Source: Octopus vulgaris (Eukaryota). Taken from it: 64,000 bases of DNA. Below are positions 1 through 16,168 of the stretch, one piece after another (positions within the stretch are counted from its first letter, which is position 1; each line of letters begins with the position of its first letter). The position numbers and the translations under genes were made by a program. A model generated the notes under the pieces. It was not told the DNA's origin and made no database searches. It saw only the letters and a program-made list of their open reading frames with translations. Location: NCBI GenBank assembly GCA_951406725.2, contig OX597822.1:38192001-38256000 (forward strand). The letters run 5' to 3'.

Positions 1-39
1 AATTCTTTGGCCGAGATATTATGATCACAGGGTTTGCTC

Positions 40-126
<87 letters not shown>

Positions 127-130
<4 letters not shown>

Positions 131-290
131 TAGTTTTATTTTTATAGCGTGCTTTCACTTCACTACAGAGCGCGGCTCTGTGTGCCTTGGGTAAGTGTTG
201 TGATTTGTTGTGGTGCTCTGATGGTTACTGTATTGATAGTGTTTTGCGTAGGATGTGTGCAGTGACCTGTAGTGCAATTTTCTGTATGTT
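127..290 (-). mobile_element. RLE-LINE extreme 3' fragment inside (TTA)n
   Basis: NIQKIALQVTAHILRKTLSIQ* plus 3' UTR running into the microsatellite. Confidence 0.75.
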
Positions 291-297
291 GTTGTTG

Positions 298-338
<41 letters not shown>

Positions 339-728
339 GACATTGGGGTAAAATATACAAAGCCCAGTATACCCATCATGACTACCCGTCTGATAAGGTC
401 ACTGAATAAGGGTTGCTCAAGGATGTTGAACAAAACACCCATGTTTCCAGAGGTGAATTATTCAAACCCCAAAGAATCCCTCTCAACACTTGGCTATGAT
501 GCTCCTCCACTACTTCTGCTCGTGATCAGAGATGCACATATCGTCAGCTACTAAGGGACATGCTCAACTATTTAAAGTCAAACAACTGACAAGCAAATCT
601 GTGGTATTGAGCAGAATATTTGCTGTAGCCCATCTTTTATACCAAGACAAAACAATGTACACGATAACACTTCCAATCAGTTAAGATCAGAAGCCATGAG
701 AGCCACTGCCTGGTACTTCATCAGGACA
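339..728 (-). mobile_element. TAA-embedded element, internally deleted reverse copy
   Basis: Reverse complement of the same body between (TTA)n tracts. Confidence 0.8.
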
Positions 729-795
729 TTTATTATTATTTTTATTATCATTATTGTTGTTATTATGAATATGATCATCATCATCATCATCATCA

Positions 796-832
<37 letters not shown>

Positions 833-981
833 CATTATTATTATCATCATCATCGTCATCATCGTCATCATCATTATCATCATCATATTCAGCATCGTCG
901 TCGCCGTCGTCATCATCATCACCACCATCATCATCATCATCATCATCGTCGTCGTCGTCGTCGTCGTCATCATTATCATCC

Positions 982-1033
<52 letters not shown>

Positions 1034-1084
1034 AATCATCATCATCATCATCATCATCATCATTATTATTATCATAATTATTGC

Positions 1085-1275
1085 TCCGCTTGTCGCACAG
1101 CTTTAATTGCTGATTGGTTAATACGGGTGCCTGCTATCTACGACCAGTTGATAGCACTCCCTAGGAATGTTGTATTCTGTAAGTGCCACACTCTATTGCT
1201 GTACCCGATTTTTAAACAAAAATAGCTTTTAATTCTGGTGCTGAGCGTACCAACCGTCCCGACTACAACTTTGAG
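1085..1275 (-). mobile_element. Old RLE-LINE C-terminal remnant
   Basis: VVVGTVGTL...LQNTTFLGSA resembles PVVIGALG...LQKxxLLGTA of the other copies. Confidence 0.5.
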
Positions 1276-2368
1276 ACCACCTCTACCTTTTCCATCGCCC
1301 ACAAGTAATTTATCTCCCATGCTACTAGTTCATACCTCTACATCTTCTTCAGGAATGGCTGTGTGGTAAGTAGCTTGCTTACGAACCACATGGTTCCGGG
1401 TTCAGTCCCTCTGCGTGGCACCTTGGGCAAGTGTCTTCTACTATAGCCTCGGGCCGACCAAAGCCTTGTGAGTGGATTTGGAAGGCGGAAACTGAAAGAA
1501 GCCCGTCGTATATATACATATATATGTATGTGTGTATGTGTTTGTGTGTATGTGTTTGTGTGTATGTGTTTGTGTGTATGTGTTTGTGTGTCTGTGTTTG
1601 TCCCCCCAACATCGTTTGACAACCGATGCTGGTGTGTTTACGTCCCAGTAACTTAGCGGTTCTGCAAAAGAGACGGATAGAACAAGTACTAGGCTTACAA
1701 AGAATAAGTCCTGGGGTCTATTTGCTAAACACAGTGCTCCAGCATGACTACAGTCACATGACTGAAACAAAAGAGGGTATAAAGTGGAAGGATGGGCAAA
1801 ACGTAATTCAATATATTAAGACCGACTAAACGTTTTTTTTTTTACACAAATCAAATAAAAACAGCCTGAGTAGGGTCGATCCACCCTTCGATCTCAACCA
1901 TTTCCCACTCCGAGTACCGCCATCTGGTACTTCTGAATTTGCACGTGAATATCATTGGTGCTCGCCAAGATGAGACGAATCTCCCACATCATATGTCAAC
2001 CCAATTTCGTCTTTTTATGCACCAAAGTGATGAATTTTACCTGTAGTCTATAATTTAAATGCTTTCTAAATTCGATCCCTCAATCAACCCTGTATTCCTT
2101 TTATCTTTCTGTAGCCATTTAGCAGCTGTATCGAATTATGTCTGATGTTTTAGAGAACGTTAAATCCCAGGCAGTCCAGGATGTTGATCGCCTCTTGTAA
2201 CTCAACTTCAGTCAGAGGATCAAGGAGTACTTCGATACCATCTACCCTAGAATTTGACTGGTACTATATTTTATCAACCCCAAATAGATTAAAGGTTAAA
2301 GTAAACATCTGTAGGATCTGAAGCTGGAAAAAATACCCAAGGCATTTTTCCCATGATTTTGCCTATCC

Positions 2369-2428
<60 letters not shown>

Positions 2429-2734
2429 TATAATAATAATAATAATCCTTTCTGCTAAAAGCACAAGGCCTAAAATTTTAGGAGGAGGGGTAAATCTATT
2501 ACATCGACCTCAGTACTCAACTGCTAATTCATTTATCGACACCGAAAGGAGAAAAGGCAAAGTCGACCTCGGCGGAATTTGAACTCCGAAAGTGCTCAAA
2601 TGATACTTATTTCATCGACCCCGAAATGATGAAAGGCAAAGTCAACACAGAATGTAAAGCCGGAGGAAAGGCTGCTAAGTATTGTGTCCGGCGTACTCAC
2701 GATTCTACCCGTCCAACGTCTTCAACATGTCATC

Positions 2735-3147
<413 letters not shown>

Positions 3148-3160
3148 TAATAATAATAAT

Positions 3161-3642
3161 AGTGTTATCATGTACATTGTATTGTCTTGGTATAAAAGAT
3201 GGGCTACAACATATATTCTGCTCACTACCACAGATTTGCGTGTCAGTTGTTTGACCTTAAACAGTTGAACACATCCCTTAGTGGCTGACAATATGTGCAG
3301 CTTTGATCACGAGCAGTAATGGGGGAGCATCATAGCCATGTGTTGAGAGGAATTCTTTGGGGTTTGGATAATTCCCCTCTGGAAACAGAGATGTTTTGTT
3401 CAAAATCCTTAAACAACCCTTTATCGGGGACCTTTTAAGCAGAACAGGCTACTCGACCTGAAGAAAATTCTAACTGGGCCCTACCAGCAAGGTCATGTGC
3501 TGTTCATCTTGATATGAGATCACCATGTCGTGCACACATGTGCCTGGCGTACCCTTATCAGACGAGTTGTCATGATAGGTATACTGAGCCTCGTATATTT
3601 TACCCCAGTGTCACTTTGATGGCATGCACTGCTCTCTCACTC
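3161..3642 (+). mobile_element. TAA-embedded element, 5'-truncated copy
   Basis: Begins at agtgttatcatgtac; same 3' end; (TAA)n flanks. Confidence 0.85.
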
Positions 3643-3846
3643 AATAATAATAATAATAATAATAATAATCTTTTCTACTATAAGCACAAGGTCTAAATTT
3701 TGAGGGAGGGGTTAGTCGCTTACATTGACCCCAGTGCTCAACTGGTACTTATTTTATCAACACCGAAAAGAAGAAAAGCAAAGTCAACATAGGCAGGATT
3801 TGAACACAGAATGTAAAGAATTATAAAGAATAGTAACTGTAGAGAT

Positions 3847-3924
<78 letters not shown>

Positions 3925-3925
<1 letters not shown>

Positions 3926-4145
3926 GGAAACCCAAAAATGGCAGAAGTTCAAAAGATAGTGCTCATGGGAACTGCTCATATCCTACGCAAAATACTCTCT
4001 ATGTAATCTCAAGGTTTAAAACAAACATAATTTTCGGTTTAAAAAAAAAAACAAAAAAAAAAAACCCAACCCTGTTGTCTCTTGAGGTCTCTGGGTGAGA
4101 CTTGGAGCCAACTTGTACAAATATAAAGCAAAAGTCAAACATAGA
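3925..4145 (+). mobile_element. Shorter 3' fragment of the same LINE subfamily, flanked by (TAA)n
   Basis: GNPKMAEVQKIVLMGTAHILRKILSM*; same terminus gtcaaacataga as the 6441-6863 copy. Confidence 0.85.
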
Positions 4146-4160
4146 ATAATAATAATAATA

Positions 4161-4805
4161 GTCTTGATGCAGTACCATGCCCTGATGCAGTACCATGCCC
4201 TGATGCAGTACCATGCCCTGATGCAGTACCATGCCCTGATGCAGTACCATGCCCTGATGCAGTAAATGCCCTGATGCAGTACAGGCAGTGGCTCTCATGG
4301 CTTCTGATCTTAACTGATTTACATTATTTTGTCTTGGTATAAAAGATGGGCTACAGCAAATATTCTGCTCAATACCACAGATTTGCTTGTCAGTTGTTTG
4401 ACTTTAACCAGTTGACCATGTCCCTTAGTGGCTGACGATATGTGCATCTCTGATCACGAGCAGAAGTAGTGGGGGAGCATCATAGCCATGTGTTGAGAGG
4501 GATTCTTTTGGGTTTGAATAATTCACCTCTGGAAACATGGGCGTTCCATTCAACATCCTTAAACAACCCTTATTCAGGGACCCTTTGAGCGGGATGGGCT
4601 ACTCAACCTGAAGAAAATTCTAACTTGGCCCCACCTGCAAGGTCATGTGCTGTTTATCTTGATATGAGATCACCATGTCGCGCACATATGGTTGTGATGC
4701 ATGTGCCTGGTGTACCCTTATCAGACGGGTAGTCATGATGGGTATATTGGGCTTCGTATATTTTACCCCAGTGTCACTTTGATGGCATGAACTGCTCTCT
4801 CACTC
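4161..4805 (+). mobile_element. TAA-embedded element with its first 18 bp reiterated 7 times
   Basis: (gccctgatgcagtaccat)x7 then the same body as 48980-49509. Confidence 0.85.
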
Positions 4806-5139
4806 AATAATAATAATAAGGGGCGGTTGTGTGGTAAGTAGCTTGCTTCCCAACAACATGATTTCATGTTCAGTCCCATTGCGTGGCACCTTGGGCAAGT
4901 GTTTTCTACCATAGCCTCCAGCCGACCAAAGCCTTGTGAGTGGATTTGGTAGACAGAAACTGAAAGAAGCCCGTCGTATATACATGTTATGATTGATCGC
5001 TAACTCCAAAAGTTTTTTTTACTCTCTCTTTGTTTATTTCCTCGTGTTCCTTTCTGTTGAAGAACGTAGAATCGTCAAACTAATACACCTGCTTGTTGTT
5101 TATACACCTGTTTTCGTCTTTTGTTTTTCTGTAAATTTC

Positions 5140-5240
<101 letters not shown>

Positions 5241-5479
5241 TGTATGTATGTATGTATGTATATGTTTGTGTATCTGTTTTTGTTCCCCCTTCATCGCTTG
5301 ACAACAGATGTTGGTGTGTTTGCGTCCCCGTACCTAGCGATTCGACAAAAGAGACCTATAGAATAAGTTCTAGGCTTACAAAGAATAAGTCCTGGTGGGG
5401 TCGATTTGTTCGACTAAAAGCGGTGTTCCAGCATGGCCGCAATCAAATGACTGAGACATATAAAAGAATGAAAGAGTAA

Positions 5480-6080
5480 TAGGATAGATCATAAGAAAGC
5501 CTATGACATGATACCGCACTCATGGATAAGTGAATGCTTGGGCGAACATTCAGTAATAGAGGCAACATAAGAGATTTCATTAGCTACAGTATGAAGAAAT
5601 GGAAAGTAGATCTTTACTCAGGTGATACAGCCTTATGGAAACTTAATACCATGAGAGGAATTTTCCGGTGAGATTCGTTATCTTCTTTAATATTTATATT
5701 ATATTTAATCCCCCTGTGTTCAGTATTAAGAAAGGCAAAGGCAGGGTGGCAGTTTAGAGGTAAAGGAAAAATTAACCATCTGCATACAGGAATGATTTGA
5801 AGCTTTTAACAAGAATAAAACGGCAAAGATACAGGTATGGAATTTGGCATAGACATGTGCGCTATATTAGTCATAAAAAGGGGACAGGTAGCCAACAGTA
5901 AAGGCATTCAGTTACCAAATGGTCACATATTAAAATCATTGAAAGACGGAGAGAATTATAAGTATCTAGGAGTAATAGAATCTGACAGGGTACGAACTAT
6001 AGAAATAAAAGAGAAAGATGAGAAGAAGTACATGGGAAGGGTGAGCAAGTCAAAGCTAAATGCTCCGAATCTAATTATGC
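5480..6080 (+). mobile_element. Degraded RT-domain fragment of an RLE-LINE
   Basis: IDHKKAYDMIPHSWISECL, DSLSSLIF, MEFGIDMCA, YKYLGVIE, SKLNAPNLI. Confidence 0.8.
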
Positions 6081-6310
6081 CTCTTTACTAATAGTTTCTA
6101 GTGGAGACACAAGGCCTCAAATTTGCGGAGAGGGGACTTGTCGATTACATTCACACCAGTGTTTCACTGGTACTTAATTTATCGGCATCGAAAGGATAAA
6201 AGGCAAAAGTCGGCCTCGGCGGAATTCGAACTCAGAAAGCAGCGACGGGCGAAATACAACTAAGCATTTCCTCAAGCGTGCTAACAATTCTGCGAAGCTC
6301 GCCGCCTTAT

Positions 6311-6863
<553 letters not shown>

Positions 6864-7085
6864 AGAAGAAGAAGAAGAAGAAGAAGAAGAAGAAGAAGAA
6901 GAAGAAGAAGAAGAAGAAGAAGAAGAAGAAGAAGAAGGGTGAGGGGTATGTCGATCACATCGACCCCAGTGTTTCATTGGTACTTATTTTATCGACCCCC
7001 AAAAAGATGAAAAGCAAAGTCGACCTCGGCGGAATTTGAACAAGGAATTCAAAGAATTATGATAAAGACGAGTAATTGTGGAGAT

Positions 7086-7127
<42 letters not shown>

Positions 7128-7439
7128 TCAGTAGAGTAGATGACAACATTGGAAGTTGTAATGGACAGGAGTTCGGTAGAGATGGTCGGCATCAGAATTG
7201 GTAAGTGGAAAGAATTTTGTAAGAGATATTTCTAATGGTGTTTGAGTGCTTGGTTCTCATCTAGAGTGTCATCATTAGCGACGTGAAGAGTACACACTCT
7301 TTCTGTTCAAGTGTGTGTGTGTATGTGTATTTCTACCTGTGTGTGCGTGTGTTTGATGTGAGTGATTCTGTTGGCGCGTTGTTAGAGTGCTTTCAACCGA
7401 CAACATAAAAAGTGCGCTTTATCCAATCTTCAAGGGTAA

Positions 7440-8466
<1,027 letters not shown>

Positions 8467-9077
8467 TGTTTGGGGAAATTGTTTAAATTTTCCAAGGCTG
8501 TTTTCTGCACGAAGACTATAACTAAGATGTTTAGTCTAAGAGTAAAAAAAATATATATATATCTACTGATTTTACACCTATAATCAAAAGAGAAATCATT
8601 AGCGTTAATAACAATTATTAGCAAGAGGACAAGGGAGAGAATTCGGAAATTAAAATAGATTAAACATCAAATAGTTCCATACAATGGAGCGTTAGTACAA
8701 TCCTTGGTTAGTGCGGTGACCATTCTGGTCATCTTTTGGTATAATGAGTGGATGGTCTTAGTGAGAAAATTGTTTATTGATTAAGCAATTTAAGATATTG
8801 TTTTCTGATATTGGCACAAGGTCAGCACTCTTTTTTTTATATGGGAGTTTGGGTCAATCGAGACCATTGATCTCGGTAATTACACTGGCACTTATATTAT
8901 TGACCCCGTCAGAGTGAAAGATAAAGTCGACTTCGACGGGATTTGAACTCAGAAATTATGGAGCCGGAACTGATACTGTATTTCTCCCGACGTTCTAACG
9001 TGTCTGCCAGCTCGCTGCGCCTTAATTTAGCAAATTAAAATAATGACATTGGAAAATTCTTCTAGCAAACACGAAAC

Positions 9078-9158
<81 letters not shown>

Positions 9159-9730
9159 TCTTTTAATCTTCAAACCATGCTAATCTGCAACGGTCCAGAA
9201 TAGACATCTAAGAGGTCATGGACAGGAGGTCAGAAATTGTATTAACACAGAGGAAGCTCAGAGAAACATCAATCCTTAGTGAAGGTGGAGCAATCACTAT
9301 GTATGTATATATGTATGTATTTATGTATATGTCTTTTCTATTTTTTTAAAGTATTATAAATATTCCACTGAAGAGGGGGCCGGTTTCCAACAAAGTTACA
9401 AGGCTCCCTCTTTAGGATGCAGTTAACATAGACAAATTCACGTTTGGAACTTGAGAAAAGTATTGCATATTATTACTATACCACTCAGATTGCAGGTATA
9501 TATCTGCAGGGCAGCTGACCTTTATGATGGTACATACCTTTGCCCCTCTCTCCCAAACAATGTATGTATGTATGTATGTATGTATGTATGTATGTATGTA
9601 TGTATGTATACACACACACAGACACACATACACACATATATATATGTGTATATATATATATGCATGGATATATATATATATATGCATGGATATATGTATA
9701 TATATATATGCATGGATGTATGTATATATG

Positions 9731-9802
<72 letters not shown>

Positions 9803-9810
9803 GTACATAT

Positions 9811-10025
9811 TTGTTTCTGTACCATTCCATTTCTAATATCGTTGCAATAAATGATCCCATGTGAAAAGTTACGCAATATTCGTGGTTCATTTTATTAGAG
9901 TGGCTTGATACTGGTCTGATGAAGTGCCACTCTAATATAATGAACCGCAAGCATTGTGTAACTTTTCTCATCAAATCATTTACTTACAATGGCGTTAGAA
10001 ATGAAATGGAGTGATACAGAAATAA
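9811..10025. repeat. Imperfect fold-back hairpin, ~95 bp arms, 21 nt loop
   Basis: ggttcattttattagagtggc / gccactctaatataatgaacc at the centre, pairing extends outward; CTGATGA in the loop. Confidence 0.8.
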
Positions 10026-10286
10026 TTGTAAGTAATAATTAAGTTTTCTAAATTCGTTCTTTGTTTCCTTGTTTATAATTTGCGTTGTTCTTCGTGAAAC
10101 TTACATACTGCTGCTTTTACCAACATATTACCCGATGTTTCTGCACCAGTAGACTTTCAATTTTTCTCAAGTTCCAATTCGAGAATGTAGATAGCCAGGA
10201 GTTCGTGGTTAAGTGCTGCATTGGACACACACCAATTTTCTACACTATCAGGACCTACACTATATGTGCGTGTATACACCCGCATA

Positions 10287-10362
<76 letters not shown>

Positions 10363-10638
10363 CACAAATAAATTTTATGGTTTCACCCTGGTGTGTGGAG
10401 GAAGAGAGGACACTCTGAGAGGACAAAGAGGGTGGGTGGTCTCAACAGGGGATACTCAACCAACCCTTACATGCATACTAAACTGACACACAAGACTACA
10501 AATGCTGAGGGAGTTGTAGAGGCGGTTGAACCTAATATTGAATTGATAGGTAATCATTTTGTCCAGACCAGTCAGGAAGTACGAAACAAAAACTTGAACC
10601 CCGGCCAGATTTGAACTTAACTGCTGCTACTGCTACTG

Positions 10639-10689
<51 letters not shown>

Positions 10690-11252
10690 TGCTGTGTCGG
10701 CTTGAGGCATGGGCTGACTGGGTCACATCCCAGTGCTAATTTATGTACACTCTGCCTTGCTGTCAGTAAATAAATGCCATAAACGCTATTGTGTTGCTTT
10801 GTCCAGCAGTCTATAAAGCAGTGAAGACAGCCATACTACTGCTGCTGCTGCTACTACTACTGCTACTTCAATCACGTTTGACACGATATTTCTAATTTTT
10901 TCAGGTCGAGACGTGGAGGGGTCTGAAAAAGCCTTTTGTGGCTGTTGGTGATGCTGAACGAGCTGCTGTGTCACTTAAAAGCCGCCTCACTCTCGTACGT
11001 ACCTACATCAGTGCATTTTATATCTATACATACATATCAATACGTCAATCCACCCTTCTATTCATATTTGCCTACCTACATACCAACCTACCTACCTACC
11101 AACATACATACATGCACACATACACACAATTGTATCAAACTCCATTCTTCACCAAATGCCACATATTAGACGAGGTTCGTCGCAATAACAGTGTAGCACA
11201 AAACGGCGGTGCATCAGCATGGCCGCAGCTCTGAGCTGAAACTAGAAAAAAA

Positions 11253-11330
<78 letters not shown>

Positions 11331-11622
11331 TTTATGTATGTATGTATATATGTATATATGTATATATAACATCCAGTTGTTAGAACTCAATATACATCCA
11401 CATATATTATTTATAAAAGTGGTTCTGAATGTAACCAAGTTTTTTGTATTTAAATACTTTACGAAAAAAACATACAATTAATTTTAATGGCTCTGGGGAA
11501 GCTGGGGGATGTTTAGCAAACACTCAGCTCTGCGTTTACTGCTTCTTGTAACAGAAACAGGCGTAAGCAAATGACGGTGATTACGTGACTTCTATTCTCT
11601 GGTCGTTCGTTAATACATACAT

Positions 11623-11735
<113 letters not shown>

Positions 11736-11757
11736 CAGACAGACGGACGGACGGACG

Positions 11758-11861
<104 letters not shown>

Positions 11862-13637
11862 TAGAGAGAGAGAGAGAAAGGGAGAAATATATGCATGTAT
11901 GTATATGAATATATATAGGAATATATATATATATATGTATATCTATGTACATATATACAAGTGTATATGCCATTGTGTGTGTATGTATATATATATACAG
12001 ATACGTGCACACACCCACAAATATATATACGTGTATATTTATGCATTTATATATATATAGTTTATGCCATCGTCTTTAGACATTTTAGAAAACAGGAGTT
12101 GTCGGTTTCTACTGATTATTTAATGAAACGTGACACTAGTCAACTCGGCCTTCGTTCCAATCTGCTGAAAGCTCTGTGTGTGTGTGTATGTGTGTGCGCG
12201 TTTGTATGTGAATGTGTGTATGTGTGTGAGTGTGTGCGTATGTGTGTGCGAGTGTGTGTTTGTGTGTGTGTGTGTAGAAGTGTTTGCATGTGTGTGTGAG
12301 TGTGTGTGTGAGTGCGTGTGTGCGTGTGTGTGTGCTTTGGTGTCTCGGAGGGTTGCGTGTTGTACGACCTGAAGTACTAGAACCCCGTCGGTTACGACGA
12401 CGAGGGCTCCAGTTGATCCGATCAATGGAACTACCTGCTCGTGAAATTAACTTGCAAGTGGCTGAGCACTCCACAGACACGTACATGTACCCTTAACGCA
12501 GATCTCAGAGAGACCCAGCATGACACAGAGTGTGGCAAGGTTGGCCCTATGAAACACGACATGAAGTGAGCCTGTTAGAAACATGCGTGATAAATCAAGG
12601 CACATATTTTCGGCTCGCTCTTGAAGTTACTTTATTTCGCACAAAAACAGTGACTACAAATTATCGAGCTTTAAAATGTTTGAACTTAAAGGGTTCATGG
12701 AGGTTCTCGCAAGTTTATCGAACCATACAAGAGAATATGTATGTATATACATATGTGTGTCATATTAGAAACACTACTATATTAGAATTTAATCTTTTTT
12801 TCTAAAGACTTTTGTATTTCCTTATCTATCCTTAATGTATGGTTTCGAAGATTAGCGTTCCTAAATCCATTAATTATTAGTTCAAGACATTCCGATTATG
12901 CTAATAGTAACGTTTTATTCACGCGCTTTACAGTAAGTAACAAATGATCATAGGTATACTGTTATCACTAATAAAATCATCAACGCCAAATCAAAAGATA
13001 CACAATGGCTAAGTCATGAAATATTTTCATGAGTTATTTTATGTATATTGATTTTTGTCTTGTATATTACCATAAGTAAAATTTTTGTAGTTATTCTTCT
13101 CTAATTTCTGTGGAATTTTTATATAAAACCGTATTCATGTCAAGTAATGTTTTTGTATTTAATTTGAGTTTGTGTACTGTTGGATAATGAATTGCAGTGG
13201 TTCCTAAATGTATGGACAACTAAGAAGAAAGTGTCCAAGTCGTGTACCCTATATAACAGTCATGAAACTTGCAACTATCATGTTTGTCGTAGGAAATACA
13301 CTAAAATGCATTACACGATATTAGACTAATCAGAAGTATGTATGTTTGAACGTATGTAATATATATATGGAAGGTCATAAGTTGTATATTCGTCTTGACA
13401 AAGGTCAGAAATGGCTTTTGTGTACCGCATTTATTACTTCAGTCCTAACTTATTTTAGAAAACTTTATTTCACTAATAAACTCAAATTTTGCTAACATCT
13501 ATCAGACCCAACGCATTTCATTGTTTGCAGCTGAGTATGTATGTATGTATGTATGTATGTATGTATGTATGCATGTATGTATGTATGTATGTATGTATGT
13601 ATGTATGTATGTATGTATGTATGTATGTGTGTGTGTG

Positions 13638-13960
13638 TGAAGGCGCGTGGGTTAGTGGTTAGGGCATTCGGCTCCCGACCGTAAGGTCATGAGTTCAATT
13701 CCCGGCGACGCGTTGTGTCCTTGAGCAAGACACTTTATTTCCCGTTGCTCCAGTCCACTCAGCTGGCAAAAATGAGTTGTACCTGTATTTCAAAGGGCCA
13801 GCCTTGTCACACTCTGTGTCACGCTGAATCTTCCTGAGAACTACGTTAAGGGTACACGTGTCTGTGGAGTGCTCAGCCACTTGCACGTTCATTTGACGTG
13901 CAAGCTGTTCCGTTGATTGTATCAGCTGGGACCCTCGGCATCATAACCAACAGAGTGCTC
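13638..13960 (+). mobile_element. tRNA-derived SINE family B (others at 20322-20645, 26508-27210, 12370-12550 minus, 43950-44270 minus)
   Basis: ggcgcgtggsttagtggttaggg...gagttcaattccc head; tgtgtccttgagcaagacactttatttc body. Confidence 0.88.
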
Positions 13961-14279
13961 CTTCCTTCAAATGTATGTATGTATGTATGTATGTATATAT
14001 GTATATTTGTGTGTCTGTATGTGTACTCTTTTTACTCTCTTAATTGTTACAGTCATTTGATTGGGGCCTAGTTGGAGCACCGCGTTTAGTCGAACAAATC
14101 GACCCCAGGACTTATTCTTTGTACGCCTAGTACTTATTCTATCGGTCACTATTGCCGAATCGCTAAGTTACGGGGACGTAAATACACCAACATCGGTTAT
14201 TAAGCTATGGTGGAGTGACAAACACAGACACACAAATACATACGTACATGTGTGTGTGTGTGTATTCACACACACACGT

Positions 14280-14374
<95 letters not shown>

Positions 14375-14892
14375 CACACAACAGATTTCTTTCAGTTTCC
14401 GTCTACCAAATACACTCAAAAGGCTTTGGTAGGCCCGAGGCTATAGTAGAAGACACTTGCCCAAAGCGCCACGCGCTTGGATTGAACCCGGAACCATGAG
14501 GTTGGGAAGCAAGCTTCTTACTACACAAAAGATATAAATATACTTAGCGGTTCAGCAAAAACTACCGATAGAATTAATAGGAGTGATCAAAAAAAATCTA
14601 AAAATAAGTACTGGGGTCGATTTGTTCGACTGAAATTCTTCAAGGTAGTGCCCCAGCATGGCCGCAGCCTAATGATTGAAACAAATGTAAAACAGATAAT
14701 AACAGCATCGACCAACTTCAATCAAGGATTTATTAGGATTAAAGGAGTGTGGTAAGTAGCTTGCTTACGAACCACATGGTTCCAGGTTCAGTCCTATTGC
14801 GTGACAGCTTGGGCAAGTGTCTTCTACTATAGCTTCGGACCGATCAAAGCCTTGTGAGTGGATTTCGTAGACGGAAACTGAAAGAAGCCCGT

Positions 14893-14934
<42 letters not shown>

Positions 14935-15526
14935 CATATATACGCCAGCTAGACAGTACAACTTAGTTTAGCTGGCGTATTTGGAAAAGAATGCATTTTT
15001 CGGCAGACGAAAACAACGATCTTCTCATGGCGCTGGTTAGAAGCCGAAAGGCTGGTTGACCAGCGGTCACGTGGGAGGAGAAGGGAGAGAAAAAAATGGG
15101 GCAAAGGAATCAAAGAGAGAGAGAGAAAAAGGGGGACGAAGGCAACAAAGGGGGGAGAAGAGAGAGAAAGGAATTAAAGAGGGGAGAAGAAAGAGAGCAT
15201 GCCAAGGATTGGCTTGGCGACAGAATCAGTGAGTGCAAAGTGAGAAAGACAGAGAAATGTGAGAGAGTGGGGGAAGAGTAGACCAAAGAATCAGAGGCAA
15301 GAAAAGAGAAAAGGAGGAGAAGTAAAGAGAGAGAGAGAGAAAGAGACAGATCAAAGTAGAGTGCAAAGTGTGAAAGGCAGAGAAATGTAGGAGAGAGAGA
15401 CAGTGTTATAGAGTCGTACCAAATTTAAAGGAATATGTACTTACATAAGGCCATATACATATATATATATATGTATAAGCACACACACGCGCATATGTGT
15501 ATAAACACATGTACACACACACACTT

Positions 15527-15560
<34 letters not shown>

Positions 15561-15563
<3 letters not shown>

Positions 15564-16168
15564 AGTAAATAGATGGAGTTGAACGCAGATGCTATTCAAA
15601 TTCTTTTACTTTCGACATATGTTTCGAAGACAACATTGGTCTTATTCCAAAGGAATAAACGGTGTAAAAAAATGCAATCTTCTCCACCTTGTTAACACAC
15701 TTATAGAGCGATCTTACAAATTTAAGCACATGCAGAAACATACCTTTAGCTCATATAAGTGATTTTTACCAGTCTTTATAGTTTGAACATTTAGTTCAAC
15801 GTGCACTTTACTTCAATCGAGAAATGTACTTCCAAGCCTTTGAACATTTTTCAACCAATATATTCCTCTTTATTTGTTCTCTACTTATTATTTCTTTACT
15901 CCTTCTCTTCCTAGGGTCTGCCTTTGACGTAGGATCAACTCACGGTTTTTTTTAAATACTTAATAGCGTTCTGTTTATCATTTATGCAGTCATCAAAATT
16001 GTTATAATGTCTTGTTGTTGAGATAGGTTCTCTTACTTTCCTGATGAGAAAATTGCATTTTTTTCACCGTTTATTCCTTTGGAATAAAACCAATCTTGTC
16101 TTCGAAACACATGTCGAAAGTAAAAGAATTTGAATAGCATCTGCGTTCAACTCCATTTATTTACTTAT
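15561..16168. repeat. Inverted repeat with ~125 bp arms (Penelope-like inverted terminal structure)
   Basis: 15561-15684 mirrors 16046-16168; the arms carry the hammerhead motif. Confidence 0.88.
16033..16123 (+). ncRNA. Type I hammerhead ribozyme motif (Penelope-like-element type)
   Basis: Stem I ttactttc/gaaagtaa (8 bp), CTGATGA 16041-16047, stem II closed by G-C, GAAA 16104-16107, stem III C-acat-G, cleavage triplet GTC 16113-16115. Confidence 0.72.

Noticed and set aside
10393-10614. 73 aa ORF in unique sequence
   Set aside because: No recognisable motif, non-ATG start and no convincing splice sites.
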